A DNA stretch of 64,000 nucleotides, from positions 7,626,001-7,690,000 of the forward strand of contig JBHGNT010000022.1 in NCBI GenBank assembly GCA_043228905.1. Direction: 5' to 3'. The stretch is from Azolla caroliniana. Taxonomy: Eukaryota > Plantae > Polypodiophyta. The first letter of the stretch is position 1. The number at the start of each line of letters is the position of its first letter. Made by a program: the position numbers and the translations under genes. Below the pieces are notes generated by a model, which worked only from the letters and a program-made list of their open reading frames with translations, searched no databases and had not been told where the DNA came from. Positions 13,182-25,236 of the stretch are shown one piece after another.

Positions 13182-14758
13182 GTGCCATCCTTACACAAAA
13201 TCATATGAGGCCAACCTATGCTATCCAATTTTAGATGGTATCAATAGTTTCTTGTTTTCATTCATTCAAAATTCTAAAGGTATGTATGTATGATCATAAT
13301 AAACCCATAATCACATCATTACACTACGACTAGAAAGACTATTCATATGAAAATTACAAGATGCACTTAAGATATTAATAGGGAGTATATTTAAAAAGAA
13401 GGGAAAGAAATACAAGGTTGGGTATATGTCTCCTCATACCTTAGGCATAGGCATCTTAGAGTCACATGCTAGTTCTTATGAGTGGTTTAACAATCCATGT
13501 AAATAAAGAGTGGGGACATATAAAATTGTTCCTATGTATATCCCTTATATAAAAAGAGATGATGTCATTTGTATTATTTGCCTATCAATTTCAATGAATG
13601 GGTCACTTATCTTTTTAGGCTTCCCTTTGTATGACTTCACATTCACCCAACAATTTTGGTATGAGATATTAACAACCTAGACACTACTCCAAGTCTTAGT
13701 TTGTTGGGTCTCAAGTTGGATTTCTTTTATAACTTCTCCAAGGTAAATACATTCGAGTTATATGTTGATTTATCATTTTCAACCATCTACACTAATTGTT
13801 TGCAGTTCCAACTTGTGCAACTGTGTTCTATGATCATGTACTTGACACCATACCTCTACAACTATTTCTTGTGTTGTATTATTTTTCACATTAAAGTGAA
13901 GTGAAGTCTCAAGTTGAGAGTCTAAATTATTTTCTTAGTCTTGGCTACCACCTAAGTCAGCTAGGAAAACGATATTCATACAAGGTTAGGCCTCTTTCTT
14001 CTTTAGTTGATTGTTCATTATACACAAAAGTGTAAAAAATATGCTAGCCAATACAAAAGTGTAAAAAAAAGGCCAAGATATAAGAACGTGTCATTGTCGA
14101 GTTGTGTGTACCTAGGATGCAGTAGGTTTTGAAGAGCAAGAAAAGATAATTAAGTAGTTGAAAAACGCATAACATAAGAAGAACTTTGAAATCCAATTTG
14201 AGTTTATTAGCATGTCATATGTGCTAATTGACCCCGCAAACTACTTTAAAATTATTATATATAAGTTTTTCATACATGTTAATTGTCCCTAACCGGGAAA
14301 TTATGATTTAGCCTTCACAACCACTAAATCCATCTAGAAGGATTAGGGTTGCAACCAATATTATCTATATATACGTGCGTGTGTTTACCGGGTAATGTGA
14401 CGATTACATAAGCCACCTCATTAAAGGGTGCATTGATAGCAATGGTACATGTAAGTGGTGTAAATAGTAAATATGCTTGTCGTGGGAGTAGAGATTTTTT
14501 AAAAGAGGTGCATTCATTGTGATGATCACCAACATTCTTGCAAGGGAATGTGTTAGTAGAATGGGCAACCGATTCGAGGGAAGTGTTGCAAGCCTACACA
14601 CAACAATAACAACAAAAAGTATCATCACAACCCACCCACCACCTTCACGTGTTGCAATCATCATGTGCCAATATTATTAACTAACAAGAGCATGGGTGTT
14701 ACCCATCCCCTAGTGACCCATAGAACCACTAGTGAGCATAATTACCTCGCATTTGTCG

Positions 14759-17700
14759 TCAAGGGCACCGCTCATTCAACCCCGGCCCACCAAAGTAGAA
14801 GTAGTAACCCCAATTTTCGTTGTACCCATTTTGGACATTGTAACAAGCCGAGTCCTCGGAAAACGTGCTTATATCGTTAGGCGCTCTAAGGATGTTGTTG
14901 GTGTCCACCACTTGCAAGTTGGAGAAATACGCGGCCCGACCGAATCCTTCGGACGCGAAATGTCCGCTGCCCATCTGGGTCTTCGTGTGCCGGCCATTGA
15001 GACCTTTATCCACCACCTCCCCTCCCCATTGCACCATTGCAGCCGAGTCCGCAAGGAATGTAAAGAGGGAAGATGGCCAATAGCCAACCACATGATTCTC
15101 GCCGAATGACATCCACCAATCGCCTCCGTTTGGGTCCTAGGACCGATAGGAACATGGACACATGGACCACACTTTATTAACTTTAAAAAAACTTAGAAGA
15201 AAACCTTCCAATGCTTCTTTCTTAAATCCATGGGAACACCCTATAGAAAGAGAGGTCCAAAATACCAATGGCTGCATTCATTACCTTCCAGATGAGGATG
15301 TCAATGTCGAATTGCTTGTTGTCATACGCGGACAGAGGCGAAATGGTCGCTCCCAATGCGATTTCCCCACTGATTTGCACAAACCCAGAGCAGAGCAAGT
15401 TGTAACATCCTGTTCCTTTATATGCATCACTCTATAAAAGGACACAAGAAAAACAAAAAAGAGAGTACATGATCATCATGGATGGTACTACTCTATTGTG
15501 GAAAATCATGAATCTAAGCAATGGGAAGGTTCCATAGGGCCCTAAGTTTATTACTTACAGTCCAATAGGTGAACAATCGGGTGTTGTTATCGCCATAGAG
15601 ATCAGGGGTCACCTAATAATGTCGGTCGACAAGCCCACCCGACACATTCATCGACAAAAGTAATTATCACTATCTTATGACTAAGACAAAATGTAGGCTG
15701 ATATGTGATATATGTACAAATTATAACCTTTTTTTTTTACCTGCCATCCAGCTTCTATACTATTGAGATCACCATCAAATGAGCCCCCCAGGATCCACAC
15801 TTGTGAAAGGCTGAACTCATTGGGCTCGTCTATCATCGGATTCCATACGTTCATCGTTGCCCTCGCTCCATAGTAGTTGTCACCTTCCACATAAACAATG
15901 GCATGCTGTGCCGAAATGAAAGCATTTGAGATTCTAATCAGCTCAACCCAACCAAACACTTCCATCACTAGATACACAAAACTCAAATTCATGCACTCTT
16001 GAACAATCAATCTTGAACAACCAATATATATGTCATGGTGAATGACCACAACAAGCTTTCCGAACCCAACCTCGGGCTCAATGTAGTTCGTTCCTCACCT
16101 ATGTGTTGTGCTAAACTAGCATGTAGGCACTTGTCCATTAAGTAGACATGCTTTACTGTCAAGCCTACAATTGATTAGGGTAACTTTAATATAGCTAATG
16201 TTAGTAGTGTTTAGGGCTTTTGTTACAATTGGTTTGGGTACAAGCCTACAATTGATTAGGGTAACTTTAATATAGTTAATGTTAGTAGTGTTTAGGGCTT
16301 TTGTTACAATTGGTTTGGGTACAAGCCTACAATTGATTAGGGTAACGTTAATATAGCTAATGTTAGTAGTGTTTAGGGCTTTTGTTACAATTGGTTTGGG
16401 TACAAGCCTACAATTGATTAGGGTAACTTTAATATAGCTAATGTTAGTAGTGTTTAGGGCTTTTGTTACAATTGGTTTGGGTACAAACCTACAATTGATT
16501 AGGGTAACTTTAATATAGCTAATGTTAGTAGTGTTTAGGGCTTTTGTTACAATTGGTTTGGGTAACTTAATATAGCTGCTAATTATGTTAGTATTTTTGG
16601 GCTTTGTTACAATAGCACCTACAAATGCCTAGGACAAGAGAGTTAGTTTATCATGGGTGTGTGTGTGTGGAGGGTTTTCGAACCATGTGGCAAAGAGAGT
16701 GTCCAACCATGGCATGAGGTCCTAGAAAACCTAGTGTGAAGAACTTGGCAATGTTATAAATATATAACTTCATGTCCATGGAGCCAAAGTAAGTTAAGGG
16801 TTTATGGAAGGAAGTTTCTGACCTAAATGGACCATAGAGTAGGGGTAGTGTGACATAAAAAGTTGATTTAAGAGCTAGGATCTGAAGGGTGTCTCACTTG
16901 ATGCACATTAGTATGAGTAGTGGCATTGGAGTGGCCGGAGTCACGAATCCCGACCGAGATGGGCGGGGCGACGGGTCTATGCGGCTTCCTCCCGTATTGT
17001 GACACATTGGCGGCGCGGAGCAAGTCCTCCTCTTTCGTCCTCCTCACTGGGATGGTACCACTAGGGCATTGCTCCCTTTGGTGGTGCCATAGCTGCACCG
17101 GCATCATGTTCAATGTGGCCCACACATTGCTCGCGCTACTAGTAGTACTCGCGTCCGCGGATCGTCTGCTTCCTTGGCCTTGTTTCAGAGATGCCGGCAA
17201 TGGTGGGGGCTGGAGCTTGATCCGATGGCGCTTCAGCTTCGGATGATCCAGGGCAGGTTGAGTAGAGATGAGAACACAGTCAATTATGTCTCCATCAAGG
17301 CTCTGAAAGCATGAGGAGAACCCCCAGATCATCAATTTCCCAGAGTTTTTTTTAAACTATGATATGAAGCACACTCTTTTAAAAAAAAATAAAGAAATTT
17401 ACACTCTTAAATTGATGTCCAGAACATGATTTAAAACAGAAAAAAGGAAAAAAAACATGATTTAAATTGAGTGCTTTTCTTTCTTTCTTTCTGTCTGTCT
17501 GTCTGGTTTAAATGTTTTTTTAGGTTTTTTGGAAAAGAAAACAATTTTTTTTAAAAAAAAAAGTTTTTTTTAGTAGGACCTGAATGCTGGTGATGGGGGG
17601 CTTATTCAGGCGGTTGAGATGGTGTTGGATTCTACTAGAGGATTTTGAAGTGTGGTGAGTTTTGTATAAGTTGTTGTTATTCATGTTCATATTGCTGCCT

Positions 17701-17846
17701 GGAGCAGCAGGAGAAGAAGAAACAAAGGAAAAGAGGGATAGGAAGCATATTATACATTTGATGATGATTGAGGAAGCTTCCATGGCAGAAGAAGAAGAAG
17801 AAGAAGAAGAAGAAGAAGAAGAAGAAGAAGAAGAAGAAGAAGCCAT
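14759..17846 (-). CDS. Neprosin-family (DUF239) glutamic peptidase with signal peptide and activation pro-domain, ~471 aa (450 aa from the second ATG at 17783), 6 exons
   Basis: Phase-0 GT-AG exons 17846-17580, 17302-16898, 15905-15741, 15612-15559, 15431-15285, 15136-14759. Pro-domain motifs SLDGDIIDCV, QPALDHP and CPSGTIPVRR. Catalytic-domain motifs YYGARATMNVWNP, NSIEAGWQV, TGCYNLLCSGFVQ, VGYWP, WGGEV and FYFGGPG, with both conserved Glu present. Hydrophobic signal IIIKCIICFLSLFSFVSS. Confidence 0.93.
16160..16613. repeat. 81-bp minisatellite, 5 near-perfect copies plus a partial, in neprosin intron 2
   Basis: Unit CAAGCCTACAATTGATTAGGGTAACTTTAATATAGCTAATGTTAGTAGTGTTTAGGGCTTTTGTTACAATTGGTTTGGGTA starts at 16160, 16241, 16322, 16403 and 16484. 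Confidence 0.95.
17787..17841 (-). repeat. (TCT)n microsatellite encoding poly-Ser between two in-frame ATGs of the neprosin gene
   Basis: About 18 GAA units on the plus strand. Confidence 0.9.
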
Positions 17847-19199
17847 TGAAGCTTGCAGGAGGAGGAGGAAATGAATGAAGGGGATTGGATCTGAATGAAT
17901 TTCTGGTTCTTTATTGTTCCGAAATTTGATTATTAAGAACTTGCTTGATCGTGTGAGGGGAAAAAAAAAAAGAGACCAAAAAAAAAAAAAAAGAAGAAAA
18001 AAAAAAAGAAAAGAGAAGAAAATGAATCGAATTGAATGGAGGTCACGGATGATCGATCACACACCACACCTCCTTTCTCTGTTATTAATAAAAATTTGAC
18101 AGAAAAATTAAGAGAAGAAGAAGAAGAAGGGACCCCAAGGGAGCTCTCCTTATTCCTTTCTTCTTTGTTTTCTAGTGTGTGTTTGTATTTATTAATTCAT
18201 GCATGCAAGCATGCATGTGTATATGCTACATTTATAACTAGACATTATTTTTAGTAGATGTTCTTCGTATAGCCTTTTTGTTCTTGTTCTAGCTAGTGAA
18301 TGAAGACACCATATCTCTATCTCTTCATCTTGCTTGGCCTTTTCTTTATGTGTGTGTGTGTGTTGGGGGGGGGGGGGGGGAATTATTGTGCATATGTATT
18401 GTGAAATGCAGTACGTACACCACAATATATCGAATCTCGATCACATTCACCCCTCTTCTTGTCTTTACGCTTTTCTGCCACGAACGAACGAGAGTGTCTT
18501 CTTTTGTCGGTCGTTAGGGCTCTACCACAACTAACCCACCTGATATTCGTAAGTTGAGCTTTTCCCTAACGACCCATGCGGGTACCCAACTACATCACAT
18601 CTCGTTTATGTGTCACTTTATTGGATGGCCGCTACCACAGAATGATAGAGTTGTCCCTTTTGTTGATGTAAAAACTTTATCAACTGAGCTACTATGAACT
18701 TGTGGAAATAACAGAGGGAGCACAATATCATAACAAGTTGCAAAAGAAGCGTGTATCAATACTAAGCAAGAGTGCCAACATTGTTACAACAAGGTTTCAT
18801 ACAATCGGTAGCTTTGGTTCGTGTGCTTCTAAGTGCACAAATACAAATATAACTTAGGGAGAGCAGTGAGGGACTAACATTAGAATACATGTTAAGGTTC
18901 CCATCATCCAATAGGTTATCAATTTCAATAGCCAACCCCATCTAGCACATCCAATTAATGACCCTTTCCGTTGATTGCACGTGTGAGGGTTGTTGTCACA
19001 TCTTCACACTCAACACTCTCCCTCAGGTGCTTCACCTGCACCAACCCCTTCGCCTTTTACCTAACTTACTCCATCATCCCATTTCTTCACTCTAGCATGA
19101 TTCAATTGCTCTATATCTCGCATCATTCAACTTATTCTTTTCTCTATTTTATTGGTACTTCCTTGACGAGTTCATAGGTTCAAATCTCTATTATGAGTT

Positions 19200-20290
19200 T
19201 TGAGTTTTGGTATATGTTTGTTACAATAGGTATTTCACCTAAATGGATTTATGCCTATTTCCTAATTTGCTCAAATCTAAGGGTCTTTTGAAGAGGTCTC
19301 CACAAGTGTCGTTTATTGGACAATACTCCAACTTGACCTTCTCATTTAAAATGAGCTCTCCAATGAGGTTTGGTATTGGGTCTATGTGCTTGGTTTGGTT
19401 TTGCAACTTTGATCACCACTATCTATGTTGTATTCTCTTTATGTCCATTAGAATCTTTCTTAGACATATTCCTTTATGTCCTACATAATACACTGCCATA
19501 TATTTTGCTTGTGCCAAGGACAATGAGACATTTGATTACTTCTTGCTTGTCCAACATAATATCGTAAATCCTAAAATGGAAACACAAGCAAAAGGTGGAC
19601 ATCTTTTCTTCTAGATCCCAACCTAGTGGTACTTACATTATGTGAATAGCTTTTTCCTACAACCAACATTGATGTCATGTTAAATCATACCCTTTGGTTA
19701 CTTAAGAGCACGCATTCCAACTTGCTAATGAATCTTTTCTAGATGCATAATGAGTTTTGGCAAAAGTCCCACCACATATTCTAAGTCTAGTCTTGTGTTG
19801 GACAAATATAGGAGACCCTTGCCTTGAATATGACATTGATCTACTCCTAGTCTTCAACAATTTCAAGTTAACCTCCATTGGTGTGGAAGCTGGCTTTGCA
19901 ATTCTCCATCCCTAATGGTTTGACAATAAAGCATGCATACTTGGTATGAGCTACAAATATCTTTCTATCAATTTGATATACTATTAGAACCAAACATAGG
20001 TGCTTTAATGCTAGATATGTCATCTTGAATTTGGTTCTCAACCTCATATTGATATGATCTAGATCAACCTCAAGACTATCGATAAGGACCAAGTCATGAA
20101 CATATATCATAAGAATCACAGACACTTGACTTCTATTTTAACATAGAGTGCTTGTTGTGGGAAATCCATCAATCCACTTGTACCAAACTATTGATGCTTG
20201 CTTTAGCTCACATAGGTCACATTTTATAATAGATAAGATTTATCACTCACCTCTAGCCTCTTAGAATGTCTCAATGTAATGAATTACTTC
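19200..20290 (-). mobile_element. Highly decayed Ty1/Copia RT-RNase H remnant
   Basis: ORF 19868..20125 reads ILMIYVHDLVL (degenerate YVDD)...KFKMTYL...AHTKYA...GMENCK; RNase H-like remnants near 19250-19450. Confidence 0.6.
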
Positions 20291-20529
20291 ATGAAGGTAG
20301 ATCTTCATGGTACAAAAAATGTTACGTGGATTTGCCCAGAAGATGAATACCATATTTCTTTTGACACTCGATGTTGAACATTTCAAGTTTTCATCTCATG
20401 AATGAATCAATATTTTTTCCACATATTATGAATTAGATTTTCTGTAATATCTTCGACTTACCCACTAGTTTATTTAGAAGACATCCTAATCTATTAACAA
20501 ATTCAAGAGGAGCATATGTCACATTATCT

Positions 20530-21780
20530 TGCAATCATAAGAATATGTCCTTTATGCTAAACTAGAAGTGTAGTTAATTTAATTGCAACCAAGCGGAGTT
20601 CCTTGATTATTTATTCTCACTAGAGAGGATATCTATGTGAACCTAACAAAAGGTTTTGGACTATCAAACACCATGCTTTTTTTTTTGGAGTGTGCAATAC
20701 TTAATAGGATTCACGAATATCTATTGCAAAACATTGAGAATTATTTAAAGATTGTGTTACCTCTTACACAACTATCACAAAATGGCGAAACATTTACTTG
20801 GACTTTGGGTGCAGCAACTGAATCACTTGAAAGCTTGAAGTAAGTCTTTACCCTCATTCTAGTCAATGTAGTTATCCTAGCCAAGCCGTTCATATCAAAG
20901 TTGATTGTAAAGAATCAAATATGATTCTTGTGCAGCGGAAGAGATGTGTGTTATGTGTATGTGTGAGAGGAAAGAGAGAAGAGAAGAGAGAACACAAGAT
21001 AGATTAGATAGAAATGAAAAATAGAATACTCAAGAAGAAAGTGTATATTTACAAGAGAATATGAGATACAAAATGTAGCATTACAAGGAGTCACAAGTGA
21101 CTCTTTATGTAGGAGAAGGATGCTTTATATAAGGTCACCCTCTCTCTTCATTAACTCACTACAACACTACTCTCTCTTGGGGAATGTGAAGACTCATAGT
21201 CATGGGGAATATGAAACTCATTAGTTACGTGTCATAGAATATGATTCTATGACACATAGTTAATGTATAGAGAGTAGTGGTGTGACTCTTGACCTTTGAG
21301 TGATCATAGATTCTTAACATTGATGCTTTAGGTTTACATGTGGGAGAATCGTTTCACAAACCAAATGTTATGGGAAACCATAATCCAATTGCTTTTCATT
21401 CATAAAAGTTTGAAGTTGCAAAAACCTACTATGAGATTCATGGCCAAAAACTTGCAGGCATTGTGGCTTCTTTTGAGTAGTGGCAACACCTACTTAAGGG
21501 TTCTTTGCACCCGATTATTATCTATAATGATCATAAGAATCCAACATATTCCTTGAATCCTTTAAGTTATCGATAAGTTGTAGATTCCCACATATCTCTT
21601 CTTCTTGATTATGTACCATTTAGAGGTACACCAAGCTAGTAAGGCAAATACTCGATCTTGGTGCTCATATGTGGCATCTCATTTAGGAGAATCTACTTTT
21701 GACCATCAAAAGAAAGTCATCTTGGTTCCTAATTATCTATAGCTGATGGTAACCAATGTCTTGGAAGCACCTTTGAAGTT
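20530..21780 (+). mobile_element. Decayed Ty3/Gypsy RT-RNase H remnant, split by a solo LTR
   Basis: Fragments PLTQLSQNGETFTWT..ESLK, DALGLHVG and YEIHGQKLAGIVASFE*WQHLLKG (compare chromovirus-type YEIHDKELLAIV). Confidence 0.55.
20906..21319 (-). mobile_element. Copia solo LTR (414 bp), same family as LTR 55472-55855
   Basis: TGTAAAGAATC...ATTCTTAACA with a 5-bp TSD TTGAT at 20901-20905 and 21320-21324. Shares TGTGCAGCGGAA and CTTTATATA..GTCACCCTCTCTCTTCATTAACT with the 55472 LTR. Confidence 0.88.
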
Positions 21781-22258
21781 AAGTTTTCATGATTTCATTT
21801 GTGTTAATTTAGTATATATGTTTTTGCCAACGAAATGTGAGGTCATTATCCTTATAGAAATTTCTTTTTTGGTAGCTCCATTTCAAATCTAATTGTTCAT
21901 CCTTCACCTTTAATTCAACTTGTTGATAGCTTGTAGTTCAAGGTCATGGTTTTTTGGAGTCCAAGAGTATGCATAACAAACTATACAATCTCATCTATTG
22001 GATGTTAACTATACCCTTAATAATTAGACTTTGGAGTTTGTTGAAAATTTCGCCAATTCTTTAAAAAGATTGTACTATTTGAAAAGTGCCAATTCATGCA
22101 TTATGACTTCGTCCAAGGAGGGAACAATGTGAAGTTCTTTTAGGGGGCAAAGAAAGGGGACAAAGAGAGTTTTGAACACACTCATGACTTGTATCTTACA
22201 GTTTAAACCCTCAATCAAGGGGCTATACATATAGCATTTAGAGCATAATATTAATACA

Positions 22259-23243
22259 TGTTGGGAGACAGGTCCCTCCGGATGGGAAGGGAGAAGATCA
22301 GTGACGATGAACAAACTCGGCCGAAACCGGATGAGGAGTACCCGACTACGGAGAGCCGGATGATACAGACCCGGTGAAGACCGGATGAGGAGTACCCGGT
22401 TACGGAGAGCCGAATGATACAGACCCGGTGAAGACCGGATGAGGAGTACCCGGTTACGGAGAGCCGGATGATACAGACCCGGTGAAGACCGGATGAGGAG
22501 TACCCGGCTACGGAGAGCCGGATGATACAGACCCGATGAAGACCGGATGAGGAGTACCCTAAACCGTATGAGGAGGACCCCGGCTAGGGGGCGCCGGATG
22601 GTGCAGGCCCGGTATGAACTGGATGAGGAGTACTCGGCTACGGAGAGCCGGATGGTGCATGCCCGATATGAACCGGATGAGGAGTACCCGGCTACGGAGA
22701 GTCGGATGGTGCAGGCCCGGTATGAACCGGATGAGGAGTACCCGGTTACGGAGAGCCGGATGGTGTAGACCCGGTATGAACCGGAGGAAGAGACATATTC
22801 GTAAATATGTTTCTGAGAGCCCATTGTGGCTATATTTGTAAATAGCCGAAAAGTCATATTAGTATAAATATGACTTAGGGCAAACTAATATTATGTTGTT
22901 GTTATTTTTCTTGTTGGTGCAAGAAGCAGAGACAGTACGTAACGTTGTACAGAGAGAGAGAGAGAAAGAGGTCGTTGCCTCTGTTGTAACCGCCGCCTGT
23001 GGCGAAGATCGTGAGTCCGAGGTCGTTGCCTCCGTGAACTCACTGTTTTGTACATTCATACATAGTGACAGTTTGCAGCCTATGGGCTGCCGTGGTTTTT
23101 CCCCTAGTTTGGGGTTTTCCACGTAAACGTCATGTGTACCATTTCTCTTCTTTGTGTCGCGTTTCATTACCTGTTTTTCTGTGTATGAAAAGAATCTCGG
23201 TTGTGGCCGAGTCTTGCGCATAAGGAACGTGCAGTTCCTGTCA
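22259..23243 (+). mobile_element. Copia solo LTR (985 bp) related to element D LTRs, with an internal 54-bp tandem array
   Basis: TGTTGGGAG...CCTGTCA with TSD ATACA at 22254-22258 and 23244-23248. Shares GGTCCCTCCGGATGGGA, AAGTCATAT..TATAAATATGACTTAGGGCAAAC and GGGTTTTCCACGT with the D LTR. Confidence 0.9.
22327..22790. repeat. 54-bp GC-rich tandem repeat (about 9 units) in the U3 region of the solo LTR
   Basis: CCGGATGAGG-type starts recur at 22327, 22381, 22435, 22489, 22543, 22619, 22673, 22727 and 22781. Confidence 0.9.
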
Positions 23244-23368
23244 ATACATTCATGCATTATAACATTTTAACTAGTTGTGGTGACATCCCTTGCTATGAAC
23301 AATAACCAAATGGCATGCAAGCACAATAGCTAAATGACAAGCACACATGATGGCCAATGTGATGATCA

Positions 23369-23631
23369 TGTTGGATAACAAGTCCCTCCGGATGGGAAGA
23401 GGAGCTCGAATCGAGGAAAGAGGGAGAACCGATTCCCATGGAGTTGATGAGTATTTCAGCTGAGGCCGAAATCGAAAACCGAAATCGAAAATTGATTTAA
23501 TAGCCGATTCGAGAGACTACATTTGTAAATAGTCCAAGTGTGCCCCTTGTGGGCTATGTATGTATATAACTAGGAAGTTGTATAAGTATAAATACAACTA
23601 GGGCAAACTTTATAGTACGAGAGTTGATCAT
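23369..23631 (+). mobile_element. Truncated Copia LTR (F), related to the D/solo-LTR family but lacking the tandem array; ends where Copia E1 begins
   Basis: TGTTGGATAACAAGTCCCTCCGGATGGGAAG...TATAAATACAACTAGGGCAAAC. Confidence 0.7.
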
Positions 23632-25202
23632 TGTAAGTGTTGAGTGTGTATGAGAGAGTGAGAGACACACAAGAAGCACAAATGCAACACTCACACAAAG
23701 AAGACAATGGTTGGAATAACTCTCTCTATTGATGAATAATTCTTATCTGAAGTAAGAGCTGAAATATATCCCTAAGTACTATGTACAACCACATATGAGT
23801 GAATCATGTATGTGGTAACATGGGGAAAAAACCTCTAGCTAGAACTAGAGTAAATATAGGAAAAAGGTTCACACCAAAGCTACTCGAGGAACAGATAAGT
23901 GTAACAAACCCCCGTGGAGCGAATGATGTGAACACATACATGGAGTGACAGATCAGCCCCCACAAGGCAGTAAGCCTAAAGCTTTGCGAAAAGCTTCAAA
24001 CTTTTCTCATGGAAGAGCTTTGGCGAATATGTCTGCCACATTATCTTGTGTAGGCACATATACCAAATCAAATCTCTTGCATGAAGGAGCTCTCTCACAT
24101 AGTGATAATTGTTGTTCGCCGGAATAGTAACCGACGGACAAGAGCGCAGGAAAACGAAATAGTATAATATTGTAACGCATGTAACGTTTCACGCGGGAAG
24201 CGTGAACTGCTAAAAGACCTTGCGTATATAAAGGGCAAAAAAAACCTCTGATAGAGGTAGCGTGTAATTTTGAATGTAAGAGGCATATTGTAATAGAGTT
24301 CTATCTTCTCTGATATCTGTGTGTAGCTACGGCTAATCTACTGTGTGTCTGTAACACTTGAGAGCGTAGGAGTAAGTAACAATGTGTGCGCTAGCCCACT
24401 GTCAAAGGAGCTCAGTTGTAGCTGTCTCCCTTATACGCTGCTAGGGTACGGGGAATATCCCACTAAGTATTACGCTGTCGTAGTGTATTTCGTACACTAC
24501 GTGAAAAAGTAAAAATAATATAACCGATTTAATTACATATAAATAAATAAAATAAGAATATCAAAATATTTGTCACGTGCATAGCGCAAGATTCAAACCT
24601 TGTACCTCCACGTAACCAAACCTCAACTTTACCATTATGCTACCTTATCTTTAGTGTTCTATAAATAGATTTAATAACTATAAGTGCTTTATTTGCGCCT
24701 ACCTTTATTAAAAGGTAAATCGTGCATTTTTTAGAGTGCGTGAATATTTTATAGAAAAACGCAAGCAACAAAAAAGTGACTCATGCACATCTAGCGTGCA
24801 TGAGCACTATATTTAGCAAATAAAAGCAAGGATTAGAAAAGCATCACATGCACATTTAGTGTGCATGAACATATTAGAAAAAGCATGTAGTTATGCTTAG
24901 TCTCTCCCATCACTATATAAGGATGGGGAGCACATTGTAGTTTTTGTTGATTATTTTTCTATAATGATCAATCAATCTAAAATATTCGTGGGATTCACGA
25001 ATTTGCTAAAATAATTCTCTCTTACTACCTAAATATTGACTAAATATACTAAACTCGTGGGATTCACGAGATTCTTATCTTATAACTCTTTATACCTATT
25101 CTTTACTAGCCTTATTTGTATTTTTCTTTTCTCCTAGTCCAAAACCTCGGCGGTTCCCACCCGACTCACGCAACGATCCGGAGCCGAAAGGCACGACACA
25201 GT

Positions 25203-25220
25203 TGGTGAACCCGACGTGAA
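25203..25220 (+). promoter_or_regulatory. Primer-binding site complementary to the tRNA-Trp 3' end
   Basis: TGGTGAACCCGACGTGAA, 4 nt after the LTR, is the reverse complement of the plant cytosolic tRNA-Trp 3' end (UUCACGUCGGGUUCACCA) as I recall it. Confidence 0.85.
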
Positions 25221-25236
25221 GGCGGGTGGCAAGGAG

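Noticed and set aside
17662-18534. Poly-Glu / poly-Lys small ORFs
   Set aside because: Products of GAA, A-run and GT microsatellites in the neprosin first exon and promoter.
22075-23257. Repetitive 260-aa and 132-aa ORFs as genes
   Set aside because: They are translations of the solo LTR and its 54-bp array (a multiple of 3).
18978-24579. G-boxes (CACGTG) upstream of neprosin and in the B LTR as PIF targets
   Set aside because: Single hexamers are expected by chance in 64 kb and do not cluster.
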